Shown here one piece after another: positions 13,301-24,200 of a DNA stretch of 64,000 nucleotides. How positions within the stretch are numbered: position 1 is the first letter of the stretch; each line of letters opens with the position of its first letter. A program made the translations under genes and the position numbers. The stretch is from the NCBI RefSeq assembly GCF_002113885.1, contig NW_018404943.1, positions 892,363 to 956,362 on the forward strand, in the 5' to 3' direction. Under the pieces are notes generated by a model that saw only the letters and a program-made list of their open reading frames with translations, ran no database searches and was not told the origin of the DNA. This DNA is from Mizuhopecten yessoensis. Its lineage: Eukaryota.

Positions 13301-16300
13301 TCCAGTTTACACCCTACTCCAGCAAAACTTTCACCCTACTCCAGTAAAACTTTCACGCTACTCCAGCAAAACTTTTATCCTATTCCAGTTTTCACCCTAC
13401 TCCAGCAAAACTTTCACCCTACTCCAGCAAAACTTTCATCCTACTCCAGTTTTCACCCTACTCAAGTAAAAATTTCATCCTACTCCAGCAAAACTTTCAC
13501 CCTACTCCAGTTTTCACCCTACTCCAGCAAAACTTTCATCCTACTCCAGTTTTCACCCTACTCCAGCAAAACTTTCACCCTACTCCAGCAAAACTTTCAC
13601 CCTACTCCAGCAAAACTTTCACCCTACTCCAGCAAAACTTTCACCCTACTCCAGCAAAACTTTCACCCTACTCCAGCAAAACTTTCACCCTACTCCAGCA
13701 AAACTTTCATCCTACTCCAGTTTTCACATTACTCCAGCAAAACTTTCACCCTACTCCAGTAAAACGTTCACCCTATTCCAGTAAAACTTTCATCCTACTC
13801 CAGCAAAACTTTCATCCTACTCCAGTTTTCACCCTACTCCAGCAAAACTTTCATCCTACTCCAGCAAAACTTGCACCCTACTCCAGTAAAACTTTCACCC
13901 TACTCCAGCAAAACTTTCACCCTACTCCAGTAAAATGTATTTTCGTGCAGTGTTAATTTCACCCTACACATTTGATTACTGTGTTTCTTATATTGCTTAC
14001 TGCTGCAATGACCAATTCACTCTCATTACGGAGGGCGAAAAAGGCGAAAAGTTAAACTGCGACAAAAATTCCCGTTATACAGTATTACCTCAGAATGTAA
14101 AATAAGTTGACAATTCAACTTGGTAATGTTTTAGTTGATTCAAAACATCATGAAAACATTCCATACATTAAGTAATTCAATCTAATTAAAATTATATCTT
14201 CACATCGCTCCCGTTTTCTGATATGTCGCGTTGAAGGATCTACAACGCGACATATCAGAAAACGGGAGCGATGTGAAGATATAATTTTAATTAGATTGTA
14301 AGTAATTTATTATGCAGTGACTTCAAATAACATGTATTTTATTACCATCTGCTATATGAAATGCACAAATATTCTATCAAGTTTCAAAAGTTCTTCTTGA
14401 AAGTTGCAAGCACATCATGAGAGGCTTATCTCACAAAATTTTACTCAACATTTTTCCATCCTCATGATTAATTGATGCAAAGTTTTTTTCATCATCTCAT
14501 ATTTTTTTTGTTTTCACATCGTTGGTAAGTCATGGTCTGAGAAAAACATTACAATTTCTGTGTGCGAGTTATTCATAACTTGCATATTTCCAAAGAATTG
14601 AATTTTCAAGGAAAATGTTAATTTAAGGAGGCTCCACCCTTTCGCAATTAGCCATCAGAATTCAATGAAAGTTTCACATGATAGTTATGTCACTATGCAG
14701 AGACGATTTTATGAAAATCTAAGCATTCTGATAAACTGGGGATTTATTTGTAAAAAATACTGAAAAATTGATTTTTTGTCAAATTCAACACTTTCACATT
14801 TTTTGAGCGTGTGGCATTGTTCAAAACTATTACAACAATAAAATAATGAAAAGAAACGTTGCTAATCAACCCTACAAATATTTTATTTATCATAAAATAT
14901 CTACAACATGTTACAAAAAGGGTTTCTTTATTGAAACTATATGGATAAAAGTTACTAAATGCAAGCCAAAATCAAACAGGAAACATAATTACATACAAAA
15001 AGAGTGAAAAATGGAACCAAATACACACAAAGTCTTTATAATTAATTTATTTTACATTTTACAATTATTTTGATCCTGATGAGAGTTGTCTACCTTGAAA
15101 ATAATCGGAACTTTTTGCAGAGGGATAGAATTTATACAATGACACTTATTTTATTTAATACACCAGAAAAATGACGGAAATAAATTAAATTACTATATTT
15201 ATTTTTCAATTTACTGTTCTTTTATGGAACAAAATTACTCTCAATCATGTACACTTTGGACATCCTTCCATAGCCTGCTTACGCACGGTATATTAACATG
15301 TCAGGTACATAAGTAACCATAGGCTTTCGCATGGTATGCCGTTATTACGTGCACGCACATGCACTTGCATTTTATAGGGATCTTGATATTTTACAAACCA
15401 CTTTTTTCACAGAGTTATTGTAATTGCATTTGTGAACCGATTTATCTGACAGAGCCCAACTCGCTCGCCAACAAAAGTCGTAGCGACCAAGAGCTTGTGA
15501 ACTACTGTTAGCACGTGATACATACAGGTGAGGTCGGTAAACAAAACACATCACTCTGCATTCCATGCGCCTCATATACAACCTTCTTGAAGTCGTCTGA
15601 TCGTATGTCAGTGTTTTCCCGTGAGTTGATTAATGTCTTTGTATCATAAGCTTTATTTCTGAAGTACATGTGATTACAAATTTCCAAGTTAAGTCTAGAT
15701 ATCGGGTGTTGACATATCACGTCACGCACATGTACTATTGTTTACCCAGTGTTACTATAATTTACACTTCGATAATGGAATGCCCGATACGCAATACGGA
15801 AATGACGACACGAAAATACGACAAGAAAAAAATGTGTATTACGAAGGGTGGAAACTCCTTAAGGAATTTTTATGTTCTGTAAACTTGTGAAGCCTTTAGC
15901 ACTTTTCAAGGTCACAACATAAGTTCAAGAACTGTTAAGGTCATAGATCTGCTAGATCTCTGTCTTGAATCATTTGTTCAATATCCCTAAAAATTAAGGC
16001 TTCATATCACGCAACCATCACTGTTGTGAGATATGGAAGTTGACATCTGTGGCGTTGACCTTTGATCTTGAACTAAAGCAATATTGCGAAACAAAATGTA
16101 AAAAAAATCTGTCCTGTACTTCTTGGAAAATAGCAATCACAGACTTAAGATGGACACCTGGTAGCCATCTTGTTCTTGACATTCACAAATAAATGGTGCT
16201 GCACCACAAGGACTCAAAGTAACCTGTAAACAAAATCTGAAAGACTGACATTCTGACTTGTAATATACTTTCTGAGAAATTACAAGAATTTTAACAGATG

Positions 16301-19300
16301 GACAGAATGATTGCATGGACAAAAATCAATTTGAAAAGTCAACAATGTGATGATGACAGAGGGTTAAAAATTCTTTTGCATCAAATTTGGTTACAATTAA
16401 CTACCTGGTGAATACTTGGTTGCACCAGGTTACACTTAACTACCTGGTGAATACTTGGTTGGCACCAGGGTACAATTAACTACCTAGTGAATACTTGGTT
16501 GGCACCAGGTTACAATTATCTACCTGGTGAATACTTGGTTGGCATCAGGTTACAATTAACTACCTGGTGAATACTTGGTTGCACCAAGTTACAATTAACT
16601 ACCTGGTGAATACTTGGGTGGCGCCAGGTTACAATTAACTACAGTGTACCTGGTGAATCCTTGGTTGGCACCAGGTTACAATTAATTATCTGGTGAATAC
16701 TTGGTTGCACCAGGTTACCATTAAGTACCTGGTGAATACTTGGTTGGCACCAGGTTTCAATTTACTACCTGGTGAATACTTGGTTGGCACCAGGTTTCAA
16801 TTTACTACCTGGTGAATACTTGGTTGGCACCATGTTACAATTAACTACCTGGTGAGTACTTGGGTGGCACCAGATGACAATTAACTACCTGGTGAATACG
16901 TGGTTGGCACCAGGTTACAATTAACTACCTGGTGAGTACTTGGGTGGCACCAGATAACAATTAACTCCCTGGTGAATACTTGGTTGCACCAGGTTACCAT
17001 TAAGTACCTGGTGAATACTTGGTTGGCACCATGTTAAAATTAACTACCTAGTGCATACTTGGTTGCACCAGGTTACAATTAACTACCCGGTGAATACTTG
17101 GTTGGCACCAGGTTACAATTAGCTACCTAGTGAATACTTGGTTGCACCAGGGTACAATTAACTACCTGGTGAATACTTGGTTGCACCAAGTTACAATTAA
17201 CTACCTGGTGAATACTTGGGTGGCACCAGGATACAATTAACTACCTGGTGAGTACTTGGGTGGCACCAGACTGACATTCTGACTTGTAATATACTTTCTG
17301 AGAAATTACAAGAATTTTAACAGATGGACAGAATGATTGCATGGACAAGAATCAATTTGAAAAGTCAACAATGTGATGATGACAGAGGGTTAAAAATTCT
17401 TTTGCATCAAATTTGGTTACATTTAACTACCTGGTGAATACTTGGTTGCACCAAGTTACAATTAACTACCTGGTGAATACTTGGGTGGCACCAGGATACA
17501 ATTAACTACCTGGTGAGTACTTGGGTGGCACCAGATGACAATTAACCACCTGGTGAATACTTGGACCTGGTGAATACTTGGTTGGCACCAGGTTTCAATT
17601 TACTACCTGGTGAATACTTGGTTGGCACCAGGGTACAATTAACTACCTGGTGAATACTTGGGTGGCACCAGGTTACAATTAACTACCTGGTGAGTACTTG
17701 GGTGGCACCAGATAACAATTAACTACCTGGTGAATACTTGGTTGCACCAGGTTACAATTAACTACCTGGTGAATATTTGGTTGGCACCAGGTTACAATTA
17801 ACTACCTGGTGAGTACTTGGGTGGCACCAGATGACAATTAACTACCTGGTGAATACGTGGTTGGCACCAGGTTACAATTAACTACCTGGTGAGTACTTGG
17901 GTGGCACCAGATGACAATTAACCACCTGGTGAATACTTGGGTGGCACCAAGATCCTCTTTAGGTTTCTTTGTTGAGAGCACTTTTCTGTCCCTAGACCTA
18001 CATACAAATAGAATCACCTAAGCTCTGCTATTTCTAGGTCATCAGGAAAAGGCTTCTCAAGATTGCTCCTTTTAGGGGTCCATCCTCATCCTTGGTGAGA
18101 ACTAAAGACCCTAATTATAAATGATCTCAGCTCTTATGAGCTAATGAAAAAGCAGACAGCAAGACTTCCTTAAAGCATTTCTGGACATTTTCCCTACCGT
18201 ATGCCTGCCTTGAGTTCCTGGGAAGGTGGCTCTTTGTTTGAACAGCAGTCTGTACCTGAAGGCGGATATTCTCTCCCACAGAAGGATGTTACCAAGGGAT
18301 GGCTGTCTGAAATTCTGATGGATGTAGACATGGACGGCAGTCAGGATAAAGTTACTGGGGAGTTCATTGACATGGTTGATGAGGGCTGTAGACAGACCGA
18401 GGGTGTCTGTGTAGTAAAGGGGCCTCTGGACAACTGGAAACCCCAACATAACAGGTTGACCTACAACTTAATAAAAATGGCATTTGAGAAATATCTTTCT
18501 AGGGATATTACAACTCTCGCCAGCAATATTTCAGTTTTAGATTTTTGGGGTGTTGAAAAATTGAAACAACCACTAGAATAAGAATATAATTCCTAATATG
18601 AATTAATGCATTGAAAATATATTAAATAAACAAGACACATGTCCCTGTTTAAGTTCTTTGTTTTAATTACATATCTTTATTACAGAGTATTCTTTTATGT
18701 CCACAAATATTCTTGGAGGTTAAATGTTGTGATACAGTATTAATATTCTCTAAGTATTTAATTTTGCACCATCTTTGGTGACTGTGAACATAGCGAAATA
18801 AATTATCCCGCTATTACAAGCAGAGTAATCAAAACGGAGATTTTAAGAACATCCTACTAAGTTTAGTTCAGACCCGTATTAATTGTCTTTCTTGAAAGTT
18901 TGAATCGCCCAACACCACCTTAAGTTTGTCCTAAATTGCAGTGTTATAATGAATTCTGGACTAGCAAAATCAATATCACTCAGCACTCACTTGCTCATCA
19001 TTTAAAAACTCTGTTCTTTCCCTATCAATGCTAAATTTAACATAAGGCTGGAATAAATGAGTCTTTGAGTAAGGTTCTGTCGTGTTGTCCAATGCTCCCT
19101 TAGAACACCGTTTACTACAACTGCCTTGAGTGATTGCCAGATTATGTTGAAACCATCTCCCGGCCTCCTCTTTCATATGTTGTCTTTAAATATTTACATT
19201 TATTCCCTAATTCTAGGGATGTGTGTTAAGCTGGCATCCAAAACAAATATTATAATGCATTGTATTGGATAGCTTGCCAAACTTTAGAAAGTTGCTTTGC

Positions 19301-20583
19301 AAATGTGTTGTACTTTAATATACATACTTTTGATATGTAATGACATCTTTGTTGAGTTTTGTTCTGATAGTACTTGGAAAAAATCACTGAAAATACCACT
19401 AAGTAGTGTAAGTATTGAAAATTCAATATATTGTTCGAGCCATAGATGCCATACAGTTAACTTAGTTAAGGTTACAACATTTCATTTCCTTTGTCCAGGA
19501 ATGCTCGATTCTGAATTAAGTCAAATTTCCGTAGCCATTCTAAACAAGAGGCTCAGAGGGCATGTATTGCTCACCTGGATATGAAAGTAATCATGGCAAA
19601 AAATTCTCCAAATAAGATGCAAAGGAATGGGCCAGACCCCAAGGACAATCCCTGTATCCTATCTGTATTAGATTTTTCATGCCCTGCAATTTTATGTATG
19701 GTTATGGGGTGGGGATCTCAACTGTTTCCAAGGTGTGACTCAGAAACTAGATCCCTAGGGTTGTGGCCAGACCCCATGATCAATTATAATATCATGACTG
19801 CATTCGTCTCTTTAATGCACATGTTTCCAGGATTGCCCAGGGGTCTGGCCCACCCTTGGAGACATAGTCCTTGGGTCATAACTTTGAAACGGTTGAGATC
19901 CCCACCCCAAAACTGTATATACAAATGCTTGGCATAAAGAGACGAATGCAGTCATGATATAGGAATTGATTCCAGAGTCTGCTCAACCCTTGGAGACTTG
20001 ACCCCTGGGTCATAACTTTGAAACGGCTAAGATCCCCACCCAAAAACTATATATACAATTGTTGGGCATAAAGAGACGAATGCAGTCATGATATTAGAAT
20101 TGACCCCAGGGTCTGTCCTACCCTCACAGACTTAACCTCTGGGTCATCACTTTGAAACAGTTGAGATCCCCACCCCAAAACTGTATAAACAAATGCTGGG
20201 CATAAAAATATCTTCATTCTCAGCAATTGTATATAGGGTTATAGGGTGGAGATCTCAACCATTTCCAAGCAATAAACTATTTTTGGCCCCACCCTTTAGC
20301 CAAGGGGGTCAGTCCCACTACTTGTACAATTTGAATCCCTGGCTCCCATGAATGCTTCTGATCAAATATGATTGATATCCAGTGTATAGTTCTCCAGGTG
20401 AGCTAACGAGAAGTCCTTTTAGCGAAAAAGATGATGATACACAAAACGATGTTTTGTTTTGTGATGACATGAACTCATCGACACTTTGTACACGGTTGTA
20501 CTGTTACCTGTAGTTCGGGTTGCATTTTGTAGTATAACTGCTAAAATCACAAGGACGCACCAGGGTCCCTTATAAGCCTCCAT
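3995..20583 (-). CDS. Gene A (whole model): type I transmembrane Thr-rich collagen-like protein with EGF domains, 8 coding exons, 1679 aa
   Basis: Join on minus strand: 20583-20508, 18460-18198, 13076-12863, 12716-9000, 7932-7909, 7284-7039, 4954-4808, 4347-3995. All introns are GT..AG, phases match (1,0,1,1,1,1,1), and the total of 5040 nt gives an open frame ending in TGA. Domain order: signal peptide, N-domain, Thr stalk, Gly-X-Y, EGFx3, TM, tail. Confidence 0.82.
4808..4954 (-). CDS. Gene A exon 7: truncated (4-Cys) calcium-binding EGF-like domain plus linker
   Basis: DINEC...C...[10 protein letters not shown]; ctgcag acceptor, TAG|GTAAAA donor, 147 nt, phase 1-1. Confidence 0.85.
5245..5835. 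repeat. ~31-33-bp minisatellite with a degenerate right flank
   Basis: GAGTTGTGACCTCACAAACTGCTTTCTCCCC(T). Confidence 0.9.
6064..6466 (-). mobile_element. tRNA-derived SINE (MetaSINE-like), near full length
   Basis: Degenerate tRNA-like head, (CCAAA)n tail, flanked by a 9-bp direct repeat ATACAGTGT (6055-6063 and 6467-6475); second copy at 31713. Confidence 0.8.
6830..6862 (-). ncRNA. Minimal hammerhead ribozyme motif, sense to gene A pre-mRNA
   Basis: Minus strand reads TCC-CTGACGA-A-GGGC-TAA-GCCC-GAAA-GCTT-GGA. Confidence 0.5.
6920..6952 (+). ncRNA. Minimal hammerhead ribozyme motif
   Basis: TCC-CTGACGA-A-GGGC-TAA-GTCC-GAAA-GCTT-GGA with palindromic AGCT stem III. Confidence 0.5.
7039..7284 (-). 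CDS. Gene A exon 6: two EGF-like domains, the second of calcium-binding type
   Basis: Two 6-Cys units; DIDEC...[10 protein letters not shown] cbEGF consensus; ttgcag acceptor, CAG|GTAATC donor, 246 nt. Confidence 0.9.
7909..7932 (-). CDS. Gene A exon 5: 24-nt microexon (G)ETGPQHP ending the triple helix
   Basis: ttacttcag acceptor, CAG|GTTGGT donor, phase 1-1; continues the Gly-X-Y register (GAV-GET-GPQ). Confidence 0.65.
8095..8177. mobile_element. 83-bp piggyBac-like mini-MITE
   Basis: TTAA|CCCTTTCACC ... GGTGAAAGGG|TTAA. Confidence 0.75.
8628..8679 (+). ncRNA. Minimal type I hammerhead ribozyme motif (Penelope-like element type)
   Basis: TGT-CTGATGA-A-GGTGAC-loop-GTCATC-GAAA-CGTC-ACA: stem I, core, stem II, palindromic ACGT stem III, GUC cleavage triplet; partial inverted copy at ~8443-8475. 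Confidence 0.65.
9000..12716 (-). CDS. Gene A exon 4: Thr-rich mucin-like stalk plus ~1,178 aa Gly-X-Y
   Basis: ttgtag acceptor, TAG|GTAAGA donor, 3717 nt, phase 1-1; Gly at every third residue from 12534 with one G-F-G imperfection near the end. Confidence 0.92.
9200..12300 (-). repeat. Coding 81-bp (27-aa) tandem repeat, roughly 38 copies
   Basis: [27 protein letters not shown], near-identical at DNA level; 45-bp units follow at ~12300-12510. Confidence 0.95.
12863..13076 (-). CDS. Gene A exon 3: second half of N-terminal domain ([17 protein letters not shown]...FSVQADLEP)
   Basis: tctcag acceptor, GTAAGG donor, phase 0 to 1; shares LGW, NxTLLxY and FFxxPxxFS motifs with gene B exon 50481-50706. 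Confidence 0.85.
13112..13935. repeat. 22-bp minisatellite, apparently inside a TACTGT...ACAGTA MITE (13106-14084)
   Basis: AAAACTTTCACCCTACTCCAG(C/T) units with shorter variants. Confidence 0.9.
14178..14298. mobile_element. 121-bp foldback MITE with 9-bp target duplication (Mutator-like)
   Basis: Perfect 56-bp inverted arms, 9-nt loop, TAAGTAATT on both flanks. Confidence 0.8.
14627..15858. mobile_element. Non-autonomous DNA transposon with TTAA target duplication (Kolobok-like termini)
   Basis: TTAA|GGAGGCTCCACCCTT ... AAGGGTGGAAACTCC|TTAA; interior homologous to 33923-35114. Confidence 0.75.
16390..17950. repeat. 39-40-bp minisatellite split by a duplicated unique flank
   Basis: GGTTACAATTAACTACCTGGTGAATACTTGGTTGGCACCA; ~16242-16390 is repeated at ~17268-17418. 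Confidence 0.92.
18198..18460 (-). CDS. Gene A exon 2: first half of N-terminal globular domain ([17 protein letters not shown]...FPGTQGRHT)
   Basis: ttgtag acceptor, ACG|GTAGGG donor, phase 1 to 0; aligns by eye with gene B exon 48298-48563. Confidence 0.8.
19541..20405. mobile_element. Non-autonomous Helentron/Helitron-like (HINE-type) element with internal ~135-bp tandem units
   Basis: Starts AACAAGAGG..GCTCACCTGG and ends CCAGGTGAGCTAA (subterminal inverted repeat); related starts at ~20632 and ~30275. Confidence 0.55.
20508..20583 (-). CDS. Gene A coding exon 1: signal peptide [25 protein letters not shown]
   Basis: ATG directly after an acceptor-like tttcag, hydrophobic core, phase-1 donor CAG|GTAACA matching the next exon. 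Confidence 0.72.
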
Positions 20584-21022
20584 CTGAAATCTGAATAGGA
20601 AGAAATTCAAATACGAGAAAAACTACCTGAACAACAAGTGGCCTAGGGCCTTAAAAGCTCACCTGGTATTTTATTTTAAATTCAAACCTGCTGAATACTA
20701 TAAAAGTGATCAAAGCAGTAAAAGAAATTTAAGCTGTAGGAAGGACTAAATCCCTTTTGGTGGGCAGTACACAAAGGACTTGAGCAAGTCCTTCATGTCC
20801 AGCAATTTTATATGTAGTAATGGGTAGGGGATCTCAACTGTTTCCATGTAATGACACAGGGAGTTAGACGCCAGGGATGGGTCTGAACCTTGAGCCAATC
20901 CTGGTAGCATGAATGTCTGTCTGCACCTCTCCCTGACTAGCAAGTGTAATTTAGCAATTAACACTTCCAAATTACAACATATCTTCTTCCATTGAGCCCA
21001 GCTCCTCTATCCCAAAAGGAAG

Positions 21023-21023
<1 letters not shown>

Positions 21024-21061
<38 letters not shown>
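21024..21061. repeat. (GT)n microsatellite
   Basis: Direct read. Confidence 0.95.
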
Positions 21062-21063
<2 letters not shown>

Positions 21064-21284
21064 CCCTCCTTTATATTAAATGTGTCCCCTTCACATAGAA
21101 GTGTTTTCTGGACCAAATTTGGTTAAAATCCCTTCATTGGTAAGGACGGAGAAAGATTTTAGAGATTTACCTCCATTTCCTCTATTGGGCCCTTCCCCTC
21201 TGCCGCCACCCTGGAATTTTGGACTGAAGGGATACACTTTCCATTTACACAAAATTGAGTCATTTCACCATGAGGTGCTCGCGA

Positions 21285-24200
21285 GGCAAGTAATGTTATT
21301 GAGGAGGAAGAAGGTACTGAATAGTAAGGGACGGAGGTTAGTACTTTTATTGAGGATGTAGTTTTTGAAAGAGTAAGAAAGGAGGCAAGTACTTTCATCG
21401 AGGATGTAGTTGCTAAAGAGTAAGGGAAGGAGGTAAGTACTATTATTGAGGAGGGAATAGGTACTGAATAGTAAGGGAACAATGTAATTACTATTATTGA
21501 GGAGAAAGTAGGTACTGAAGAGTAAGGGAAGGAGGTAAGTACTATTATTGAGGAGAAAGTAGATACTGAAGGGTAAGGGAAGGAGGTAAGTTCTATTATT
21601 GAGGAGGGAATAGGTACTGAATAGTAAGGAAACGATGTATTTACTGTTATTGAGGAGAAAGTAGATGCTGAAGAGTAAGGGAAGGAGGTAAGTACTATTA
21701 TTGAGGAGGAAATAGGTACTGAATAGTAAGGGAACAATGTATTTACTATTATTGAGGAGAAAGTAGGTATTGAAGAGTAAGGGAAGGAGGTGAGTACTAT
21801 TATTGAGGAGAAATTAGGTATTGAAGAGTAAGAAAAGGAGGTAAGTACTATTATTCAGGAGGAAATAGGTACTGAATCGTAAGGGAACAATGTATTTACT
21901 ATTATTGAGGAGAAAGTGGGTACTGAAGAGTAAGGGAAGGAGGCCAGTACTATTATTGAGGAGAAAGTAGGTATTGAAGAGTAAGGGAAGGAGGTCAGTA
22001 CTATTATTGAGGAGGTAATAGGTACTGAATAGTAAGGGAACAATGTATTTACTATTATTGAGGAGAAAGTAGGCACTGAACAGTAAGGGAACAATGTATT
22101 TACTATTATTGAGGAGAAAGTAGGTACTGAAGAGTAAGGGAACAATGTATTTACTATTATTGAAGAGAAAGTAGATACTGAAGACTAAGGGAAGGAGGTA
22201 AGTACTATTATTTAGGAGGGAATAGGTACTGAATAGTAAGGGAACGATGTATTTACTATTATTGAGGAGAAAGTAGATACTGAAGAGTAAGTAAAGGAGG
22301 TAAGTACTATTATTGAGGAAGATGTAGGTTCTAAAGAAAAGTAAGGTAATGATGGGGGAGGTAGGTATTGGGAGAGTACTTAAAGAGTAAGGGAATGAGG
22401 TAAGTACTATTATTGAGGAGGGAATAGGTACTGAATAGTAAGGGAATGATGTATTTACTATTATTGAGGAGAAAGTAGATGCTTAAGAGTAAGGGAACAA
22501 TGTATTTACTATTATTGAGGAGAAAGTAGATGCTGAAGAGTAAGGGAACAATGTATTTACTATTATTGAGGAGAAAGTAGGTACTGAAGAGTAAGGGAAC
22601 AATGTTTTTACTATTATTGAGGAGAAAGTAGATGCTGAAGAGTAAGGGAACAATGTTTTTACTATTATTGAGGAGAAAGTAGGTACTGAAGAGTAAGGGA
22701 AGGAGGTAATTACTATTATTGAGGAGGTACTGAAGAGTAAGGGACAGAGGTTAGTACTTTTATGTAGGATGTAGTTTTTGAAAGAGTAAGGGAAGGAGGA
22801 AAGTTCTATTAATGAGGATGTAGTTACTAAAGAAACGGAAGGTAGGTATTGGGAGAAAAAGTAAGTATTTGGAAGGAGGAAGTAGATACAAGAGAGGAGG
22901 TAGGTTCTAAGGTAGGGATAGGTTCTTTGGGAGGAGGTAGACACAGGGGAAGGAGTTTGGTTCTGAGAAAGGTATAGGTTATTTTGGAGGAGGTAAACAC
23001 AGGGGAAGGAGGTTTGTTCTGAGAAAGGTATAGGTTATTTGGGAGGAGGTAGACACAGAGGTAAGAGGAAGGTTCTGAGGAAGGGTTAGGTTCTTTGGGA
23101 GGAGGTAGACACGGGTTAGGAGGTAGGTTCTAAGGAAGGGATAGCTTCTTTGGGAGGAGGTAGACACTTTGGAGGAGGTAGACACTTGGGAGGAGGTAGG
23201 TTCTGAGGAAGGGATAGGTACTTTGGAGGGAGGAAGACAAGGGGTAGGAGGTAGGTTCTGTGGAAGGGTTAGGTTCTTTGGGATGAGGTAGACAAGGGGT
23301 AGGAGGTGGGTTTCTGAGAAAGGGATAGGTTCTTTGGGAGGAGGTAGACACGGGTAGGAGGTAGGTTCTGATGAAGGGTAAGGTCCTTTGGGAGGAGGTA
23401 GACACAGGGAAGGAGCTAGGTTCTAAGGAAGGGATAGGTACTTTGGGAGGTGGTAGACACTGGGTAAGAGGTAGGTTCTTAGGAAGGAATAGGTACTTTG
23501 GAAGGAGGTAGACACAGGGTAGGAGGTAGGTTATGAGGAAGGAATAGGTTCTTAAGGAGATGATAGACATGGGTAGGAGGTAGGTTCTGATGAAGGGTAA
23601 GGTCCTTTGGGAAGAGGTAGACACAGGGTAGGAGGTAGGTTCTGAGGAAGGGATAGCTTCTTTGGGAGGAGGTAGACACTTTGGAGGAGGTAGACACTTG
23701 GGAGGAGGTAGGTTCTGAGGAAGGGATAGGTACTTTGGGAGGAGGTAGACACGGGGTAGGAGGTAGGTTCTAAGGAAGGGATAGGTACTTTGGGAGGTGG
23801 GAGACACTGGGTAAGAGGGAGGTTCTTAGGAAGGAATAGGTACTTTGGAAGGAGGTAGACACAGGGTAGGAGGTAGGTTATGAGGAAGGAATAGGTTCTT
23901 AAGGAGATGATAGACATGGGTAGGAGGTAGGTTCTGATGAAGGGTAAGGTCCTTTGGGAAGAGGTAGACACAGGGTAGGAGGTAGGTTCTGAGGAAGGAA
24001 TAGGTTCTTAAGGAGGTGATAGACATTGGTAGGAGGTAGGTTCTGATGAAAGGTAAGGTCCTTTGGGAGGAGGTAGACACAGGGTAGGAGGTAGGTTCTG
24101 TGGAAGGGTTAGGTTCTTTGGGAGGAGGTAGACACCGGGTAGGAGGTAGGTTTCTGAGGAAGGGATAGGTACTTTGGAGGGAGGAAGACAAGAGGTAGCT

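Noticed and set aside
16158-16223. 66-nt phase-0 candidate cassette exon ([22 protein letters not shown]) in gene A
   Set aside because: Weak donor (GTGTCC), repeat-like surroundings, and it would split the N-domain where gene B has no insertion; RNA-seq could still rescue it
16390-17950. CRISPR-like appearance of the regular ~40-bp repeats (also 967-1143, 5245-5640)
   Set aside because: No unique spacers, no cas genes, eukaryotic context
18201-18581. 126-aa plus-strand ORF
   Set aside because: Antisense to gene A exon 2, which has homology support
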